DNA of 44,017 nucleotides from Octopus bimaculoides (lineage: Eukaryota), in contig NC_068992.1 in the NCBI RefSeq assembly GCF_001194135.2, positions 56,778,001 to 56,822,017 on the forward strand. The letters are read 5' to 3'. The notes under the pieces are model-generated. The model made no database searches. It worked only from the letters and a program-made list of their open reading frames with translations, and was not told where the DNA came from. How positions within the stretch are numbered: the stretch's first letter is position 1; each line of letters opens with the position of its first letter. Shown here in pieces: positions 37,048 to 44,017 of this stretch. The position numbers and the translations under genes were made by a program.

Positions 37048-37759
37048 NNNNNNNNNNNNNNNNNNNNNNNNNNNNNNNNNNNNNNNNNNNNNNNNNNNNN
37101 NNNNNNNNNNNNNNNNNNNNNNNNNNNNNNNNNNNNNNNNNNNNNNNNNNNNNNNNNNNNNNNNNNNNNNNNNNNNNNNNNNNNNNNNNNNNNNNNNNNN
37201 NNNNNNNNNNNNNNNNNNNNNNNNNNNNNNNNNNNNNNNNNNNNNNNNNNNNNNNNNNNNNNNNNNNNNNNNNNNNNNNNNNNNNNNNNNNNNNNNNNNN
37301 NNNNNNNNNNNNNNNNNNNNNNNNNNNNNNNNNNNNNNNNNNNNNNNNNNNNNNNNNNNNNNNNNNNNNNNNNNNNNNNNNNNNNNNNNNNNNNNNNNNN
37401 NNNNNNNNNNNNNNNNNNNNNNNNNNNNNNNNNNNNNNNNNNNNNNNNNNNNNNNNNNNNNNNNNNNNNNNNNNNNNNNNNNNNNNNNNNNNNNNNNNNN
37501 NNNNNNNNNNNNNNNNNNNNNNNNNNNNNNNNNNNNNNNNNNNNNNNNNNNNNNNNNNNNNNNNNNNNNNNNNNNNNNNNNNNNNNNNNNNNNNNNNNNN
37601 NNNNNNNNNNNNNNNNNNNNNNNNNNNNNNNNNNNNNNNNNNNNNNNNNNNNNNNNNNNNNNNNNNNNNNNNNNNNNNNNNNNNNNNNNNNNNNNNNNNN
37701 NNNNNNNNNNNNNNNNNNNNNNNNNNNNNNNNNNNNNNNNNNNTATATATATTCTTTTA

Positions 37760-38237
37760 TTCTTTTATCTTTTGTTTCAATCACTTGAATTTGGCCATGC
37801 CGAAGACCGTTTTTTGTCGAACAAATTGTCCCCAGGACTTATTCTTTATAAGCCTAGTACTTATTGTAACGGTTCTTTTTGCCGAACTGCCAAGTTACGA
37901 GGCCGCTAACATACCAACATCAGGGGGTCAACCGATGGTGGGGAACAAACACACACACACAAATACATATTCTCACACAGAAACATAATACATACACACA
38001 CTTACACACACACACACACAGACACATGTTTACGACGGGCTTCTCTCAGGTTCCGTCAACCAAATCCACTCACAAGGCTATAGTCACCCCACGACCATGG
38101 TAGAGGACACTTGACGAAGGTGCCACGCAGTGGGACTGAACTCAGAGTCATCTGGTTGTGATGCAAGCTTCNNNNNNNNNNCAGAGTCATGTGGTTGTGA
38201 TGCAAGCTTCTTACAATACAACCACTAATACGCCTAA
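37760..38237 (-). mobile_element. SINE family B, near full-length (29-bp overlap duplication across the 10-N gap at 38172-38181)
   Basis: Tail CCCCAGGACTTATTCTTT..AAGCCTAGTACTTATT, internal CA run, head GGTGCCACGCAGTGGGACTGAAC. Confidence 0.9.
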
Positions 38238-38299
38238 ATACACACAGACACCCACAGACACACACACAGACACACAGACACACACACACACATATATAT

Positions 38300-38790
38300 A
38301 TAGGAAATAGTGGCACAACAAAGCACCAATGCTTGCTGGAAATAGCAGTCGACAACCGTATGACGCTATGTAAAGCATCACTGAATGTATAGAGGCAAAA
38401 ATGTGTGCAGGCGGCGAACATAAAAAGAAAATTGTCTTACCCCTAGGAGAAACGCCAGAGAAATGGACAACCTAGTATTCGAGTTTCGGACTTTAGAGAA
38501 TATGTTCGTTATTGCAATCTTGGTTAGTCTTCGTCAGTTAGGTTCCCCTAAGATAAAATTTAAAATATCCGCCACTCCAATGCCTATACACTCGGTTAAT
38601 AGACCAAGCCATGAACAGAGCCGAGATCAGTGAATGGTTTCATATATAAAAAAAATATGAATATTATTATAATACAATAGTATTATTTTCCAGCGATAAA
38701 CACTGTAAATTTTGAATTATAAATAGGAAAAATTTGCACCAATGTCTGCTATAAATATCATCAGCCGATAACCGTATGACGCTATGTAAA
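38300..38790 (-). mobile_element. ~416-bp direct-repeat unit carrying a hammerhead-like motif (retrozyme/PLE-terminus-like)
   Basis: AACCGTATGACGCTATGTAAA is identical at 38354-38374 and 38770-38790, with looser similarity extending ~50 bp upstream; a hammerhead-like motif lies between the copies. Confidence 0.55.
38469..38544 (-). ncRNA. Type I hammerhead ribozyme-like motif, probably degenerate
   Basis: Minus strand reads AACCTA-A [CTGACGA] A-GACT...33 nt...AGTC-C [GAA] AC-TCGA-AT [A] C-TAGGTT: intact core, palindromic TCGA loop III, three A.C oppositions in the helices. Confidence 0.65.
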
Positions 38791-38806
38791 CATTATATAT
38801 ATATAT

Positions 38807-39430
38807 ATGAAGTTGGTTTAGAGAGTATCAGACGTTTGGGCATAAAAAGCAGTGGAGGTCCTGCCGCTGCAGGTAATGCCTCTGGTCTGTCACTGGCCGC
38901 ACAAATCCTCTTTTTCCGTTCAAATGGAATTCACTGATCCTCTGCTTATTCTCCCTTCGTAAGCAATTTTGGGGGTTGTTACACGACAGTCCTCCATGAT
39001 TATTCGCCGAACTTCCTCAATCAGCTCTTCGTTTCCTCTTGTGGATGGCCTGTCTGAGTGTGCCTCGCTCTTCATTGACGTGGGGCTATGTTTTAACCGG
39101 TTATACATACCCCTCCTCCGTCTGAGATTTTCCCAGTGCGTGGTTACGAAAAGCCTGCCGAAGCTTCCGGATGGTTTGGGCTTGAGTGTCATCAACCTTT
39201 TGGCAAAATTTAATGCAATATCTTTGCTTGATGTGTTCAGTCATATTGCGCAAAATGGAAAATCCAATGCGCGTGCACTGCATGTCTGTAGTGTAGGCGT
39301 AATATATGTAAACTGACGTGTCTTTCCGGCACGAAAATTTTCACGCATGCACAAGAAGAATGGCGTCGCGTTTTACCAAATCATTTTAGTGGGAAAAAAT
39401 AAGTTTGTTACTTTTTGAACGCACCTCGTA
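38807..39430 (-). mobile_element. Truncated mariner element with frameshifted transposase N-terminus (HTH domain)
   Basis: MTEHIKQRYCIKFCQKVDDTQAQTIRKLRQAF / MYNRLKH..SMKSEAHSDRPSTRGNEELIEEVRRIIMEDCRVT..IAYEGRISRGSVNSI matches mariner QRYxIKFC...RSGRPST...DRRVTxxEIA...ISxGSV. TIR TACGAGGTGCGTTCAAAAAGTAAC (reverse complement ends at 39430); TA-repeat flanks. Left boundary is uncertain. Confidence 0.9.
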
Positions 39431-40140
39431 CATTATATATATATATATATAGATAGATATAGATATAGATATAGATATACCTCAACACACACACATACAC
39501 AGACACAGACCATGAGATGAAAATTCTTTTATTCATTTGTTTTCAAAACTAATATTAGCTTCGTTTCTGCTTGCATAGAAACTTACACGCAGTTTCTATA
39601 TTTAAAGGTGTGAGATACTTTAATCAGTTGTACTTGTTCGATAATATTGTTGTCAGTGTGTTGGTACAACGAGAGAAACTTGACATGTAGTGAAATATTC
39701 TGCACACAATTCTAATTACTGTGTACCTGCCAAATATTGGGATTCCGAATTTATTGTTGATATATGCAGTCACAATTCTGAAATTGATCCCGCTTACTTC
39801 ATGCAATTTTCATTATATCTGTCATTCTTAATAACATAATGAATTGCCTGGTGCTCAAGCGAAATTTATTCCTGATAAAAATCTGTTACTGCTAAAATTC
39901 ACAAGTTTCTCCTTCATTAAAATTAAATCGCATGCCACATTTAGAACTTCTACAAGTTTGAGTGATATATAGGTTCAGTGGAGATTTTGTGGCTGGTTAA
40001 TAATTTCTTTCCTGGTTTTGATTGATTTTAATCTGAGTTTCGATGGTTGTACATGACGTAATGTAAACGTCTGGTAGCTTTCAATTGTCACAAATCTATG
40101 CACTGTATATCTTGATACTTTAAAAATTCTCTTATACAGA

Positions 40141-40407
40141 ACTCAACTACCAAATCGACTTGTTCCGGTGTACCCTGTTGTATCCACTTCGGAGCAATCA
40201 ATTTTACTTCATCTCTGTCGTCAAATCTCCCCCAGAGACTGTTCTCTACTGGATCAAACATGTAGAAGGCTGTTTGGCAGCAAAACGGACATTTCTAAGC
40301 GTTTCAAGCGTCTGACTCTACCAATCGCTGTTCGCAGTACAGCTACGTTCCAGAAAATGAAGGTCAATGATGCTCTTGCCCTTCCCCAAAACAGAAGGCA
40401 AGAATAA
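40141..40407 (+). mobile_element. Probable decayed CR1/L2-group LINE RT C-terminal fragment
   Basis: Frame reads SPRDCSLLDQTCRRLFGSKTDISKRFKRLTLP...TFQKM, paralleling CR1/L2 SPxxxxDIxLLExVQRR...ERLKRLxLP...TFKI in order and spacing. Confidence 0.4.
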
Positions 40408-40560
40408 TGGGTAACGTTTAGAAGATATCCTAAAGGATAGAGAAATGAGAGACAGAGAATTTGCGACTGGTCAGCTACGGGACCAGTGTGAGAAAGGGAT
40501 AAATGCGGCCGCGAGTCAAGTGACAGACATACATTTATATATATATATTTATACACACAC

Positions 40561-40615
<55 letters not shown>

Positions 40616-40622
40616 CATATAT

Positions 40623-40754
<132 letters not shown>

Positions 40755-40854
40755 GTGTGTGTACATATAAATGCTCACACACACGCAAACATACCACACA
40801 CATATATTTCCATATATATGTGTATGTATGTACATTTGTGAATGCTTATGGACT

Positions 40855-41015
40855 CCTTTCTATTTGGACGAACGGGTTGTTTACGATCCCGTAACTTAGT
40901 GATTAAGCATGACGTTCGATAGAATAAGTCGTGTGCCAAAAAAGGTACTGGGGTCGATTTGTCGACTATTCCAACAATATTGTACTCTATGGTCACAGTA
41001 TAATGTCTGAAGTAA
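40855..41015 (+). mobile_element. SINE family B, 3' half
   Basis: TGTTTACGATCCCGTAACTTAG...GATAGAATAAGT...GGGGTCGATTTGTCGACT. Confidence 0.75.
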
Positions 41016-41240
41016 GCGATGAAGAAGACTACATTAAGAATTAGTGTCCTGTATTTAATTCTGAGAAGGCCTATCTTGCATAATCAAAACACTTTTGTGT
41101 TATCACTTACACTATGAAAGAAATATAGCTTGTTCATATATCAGAGATCTTACGTATGCAATGACTTAAGCAGCATGATTTCAAGTGATTCTGTTTCTAT
41201 TGTGATTCCCTTTTGTGACTGTACATGATGTTAATAAACT

Positions 41241-41321
41241 TGATATGATTATTTTGATATGATTATTTTGATATGATTATTTTGATATGATTATTTTGAT
41301 ATGATTATTTTGATATGATTA
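41241..41321. repeat. 14-bp minisatellite (TGATATGATTATTT)x~5.8
   Basis: Units start at 41241, 41255, 41269, 41283, 41297 and 41311. Confidence 0.95.
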
Positions 41322-42430
41322 CTTCAGTGATAGTTGGCGAATATAGATGATAATTTTCTTCACTACTTTTGTTCATTATTATTGTTAACCTTTTCATTGT
41401 AGGTAATATTTTGTAATAAATTTAACGAGGTGATTTTGTAACATTCAAAATCTGTAACAACCACAAAGCTATTTTATGGGTATACAAAGTTTTTGTATCA
41501 CTATATCACAAGAATATTTCATTTCTTACATCATTTTTATTCCTCTCGATATGTATTTGATATAAATTTATGTTGTTTTGAAATCCTGACACTTCTGTGG
41601 GAAAGCAAGAATACTGTCTTAAATCGTATAAAGGCAGATGTGCACTGTCAGTGAAGGATGGTGTGGTGTGTGCAGGTGCTTTGAGGAGACAATCGTAGAA
41701 GTCATTGAGTAGAGATATTGTTTGTTCCGTTTATTTCTGATTTATATTTGTATTGTTATAAGTTTGTCATAAGTCACGTTATAAAGTGGCATATACAGGG
41801 AGTTCAAAGAAAGACATAACAATGTCGATGAGACGCAGCAATTTACTATATATTACTATATATTACAAAGCTTTTTTATTACTATATCAGCAGAATTTTT
41901 CAGGTTTTAGATGATATTCGTTTCTTTCGATTTGTATTTCATATAAATTTTAGATGTGGTAATCCATTATAGGGATTGTTAGTTGCACAATCACATACGT
42001 TATTCAAGGTTCTGTTCCAGTCTTTCGGTGAGCTGTAGTTACTATTCTTTTTGTACAACCTATTCATCATTACTTTCTTCGCCAAATTGTTCTGTTGGGT
42101 GTCATTTTCTGAAGAAGTCCGAAATATCATCTCGTATTTCATTAGAATTATACTTTTATGGTCCTTTCTCCAGTGTGAAGCATGATATTGAAAAAAAGGC
42201 ATCTATTGGGAAATCAGAATCAGTTGCTAATCTAAACCCACTGAGAAGTTACAGGGAAAGAATAATTAAAATTTCTTGGAATATATTGGTAAAAGAGATG
42301 GACAATAATAAGCCAGTGCGGTAATAAAGCTTCATATCACTTTTCTAATGCATACATACATACAACCACACTTATATACATACATTCATGCATGGATACA
42401 AACGCACATACATACAGCCACACATATATG

Positions 42431-42474
<44 letters not shown>

Positions 42475-43343
42475 AATGCGTTTATGTGCCTGTGATTTGT
42501 TTGTCTAATGATGCTTATAAGTTCAACTAAAGGGAATAGAGACTCAAAATACAATTACAGTACATCCTGGAATAAATAAGTAATTTATTCTGCACACGAC
42601 TATCCTTCTAGCAGTGAGACGTTCATTGAAATATATGAATACCCGATGTATCTCTCAGCAGAGCTACGTAAGGTGTCGTATAAAATTTTATTGTTTATAC
42701 ATTCCATGATATAAACACTGATGCTATGCAGAAACAATCGACACATTGTAAAAGCAATTACGACAGACTTGCTTAATACAATCACCTAATTGGATGTTAC
42801 CCTAGTTACTGAAATTAACTCACGACAAGTGCAATAACTGCTATATCCTTGCCTTCCTCTCTTTCAGGGACATAGAAGAGAGAAACTGTAATGGAAATTA
42901 CTCCAACGAAAATGCACGATTTTTTTTTCAATAAATCAGGCGCTCCACTAATTCATTTAATTCTACACGAACTTGCGTGTGTAAAGAATTAAGTATAATA
43001 ATTCACGAAATGGAAATTATGCGATACTATGATATTTATTTAAACTACTGTTAATGTTACTATAATTGAAGACAATTACGCTGCTAGCGTTCTGGAGATA
43101 AGTATTGTATAATGGTATATGAGAAACATCGAATCCCTTACGTCTCCGCTGTTTCCACTTAGTGTAAGTACATATGTGAAAACTTATATGTGTATCATAT
43201 CTACTATTCTATTGATTAAAAGTGAAGGAATTTTATTGTCTGATGCTGAGTTTTAAACAACTGCCTATAATGATGTCAGAGAGAAATCTGAAATGTTATT
43301 GGATCCAATTCAGGAAAATGGGATACATTTTTANNNNNNNNNN

Positions 43344-43948
43344 AGAAAATAACATTCTTCCACTGCTCTAGGGACCAATTCTGTAGGTTTTTACTCCATT
43401 CTAAACGCTCTGCAGCCCTCCAGTGAAATCTAGTTTTGCGTAGCTCCTGGCGAACAGTTTTTATGGAAACTGGGTTCTCGAGGTGATCATTAAGGTCTGC
43501 AGTAATTTTGGGAGCTATACTTCTGTGATCCTTTCTAACAATTCGCGCAGGAGTCCGACAGTCCTTATCTGTAAGTTTTGGTTTTCTTTCAGAGTTTTGT
43601 TTCGACGAGGAGGTTTTTCCCTCTTTCTCAAAGGCTGCTATTACTTTCGAGACAGTACCCCTTGATACACCTAGTATTTCGTCTGTTTTCGTTACGCTTG
43701 CGCCTGCCAGAAGAGCACCAATAATTTAACCTCTTTGAAAGTCCTATAGATCTGTGATTTTAATGAATTTTACTTATCTTCCTCTGATGATATCTGTAAA
43801 GAAACAGCAATTTTAGCAAAACATATTAAGCAACACTAATAATAATTCAAAAAGCATAAAAATGAACAAACTTTTGACGGTTTTATAGATATTTCAAAAT
43901 TATGATGCTATGATGCTAGATATTTCTATTATCTTTCCAAAGCCTGTA
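43344..43948 (-). mobile_element. Tc1-family DNA transposon with pseudogenised transposase (N-terminal HTH to start of DDE domain), cut by an N-gap
   Basis: Minus frame from 43758 reads TDL*DFQRG*IIGALLAGASVTKTDEILGVSRGTVSKV...RKPKLTDKD.RT..RIVRKDHR..APKITADLN....VSIKTVRQEL...WSLEQWKNVIF. TIR-like TACAGGCTTTGGAAAGATAATAGAAATATC (reverse complement ends at 43948). Confidence 0.92.
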
Positions 43949-44017
43949 TATATGTATATATGTATATATATATATATACATACACACACACATATATATA
44001 TATATATGCATATATAT

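Noticed and set aside
36936-37909. Longest ORFs in the track (282-322 aa; likewise 14842-15330, 17837-18405, 27915-28412, 34021-34541)
   Set aside because: They consist of N-gaps and microsatellite translations.
40141-40407. F-box-like motif ILLHLCRQISPRDCSLLDQTCRRL (another frame gives a UGT-like SPPETVLYWIKHV)
   Set aside because: It lacks the LP start of F-boxes and has no partner exons. The same frame continues with KRFKRLTLP..TFQK, which fits a decayed CR1/L2 LINE RT better.
41939-42324. Overlapping 113-aa (+) and 87-aa (-) ORFs
   Set aside because: No recognisable domain or splice context; length is compatible with chance or a decayed TE.

Overview
AT-rich, microsatellite-dense, gapped (about 11 N-runs) animal genomic DNA. 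The SINE families and the (TA)n/(CA)n load resemble a cephalopod (Octopus-like) draft assembly; this is an inference from repeat content. I find no convincing host protein-coding gene. Most entries in the ORF track are translations of microsatellites, N-gaps or SINEs. The window looks like intron or intergenic sequence containing many copies of two tRNA-head SINE families (plus one copy of a third), two decayed mariner elements, one Tc1 element, several decayed RTE/CR1-type LINE fragments and a probable Helentron-associated (HINE/DINE-1-like) element. The most interesting signals are RNA-level. (1) A near-intact minimal type I hammerhead ribozyme lies on the minus strand at 21713-21768 (core CCGACGA, i.e. 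U4C). (2) A second hammerhead-like motif with a palindromic TCGA loop III at 38469-38544 sits inside a ~416-bp direct-repeat unit, a retrozyme/Penelope-terminus-like architecture. (3) Several more eroded hammerhead relics are present. (4) A ~25-bp stem-loop at 10285-10377 base-pairs the acceptor and donor of a cryptic 66-nt exon. None of these is shown here to be transcribed or active.
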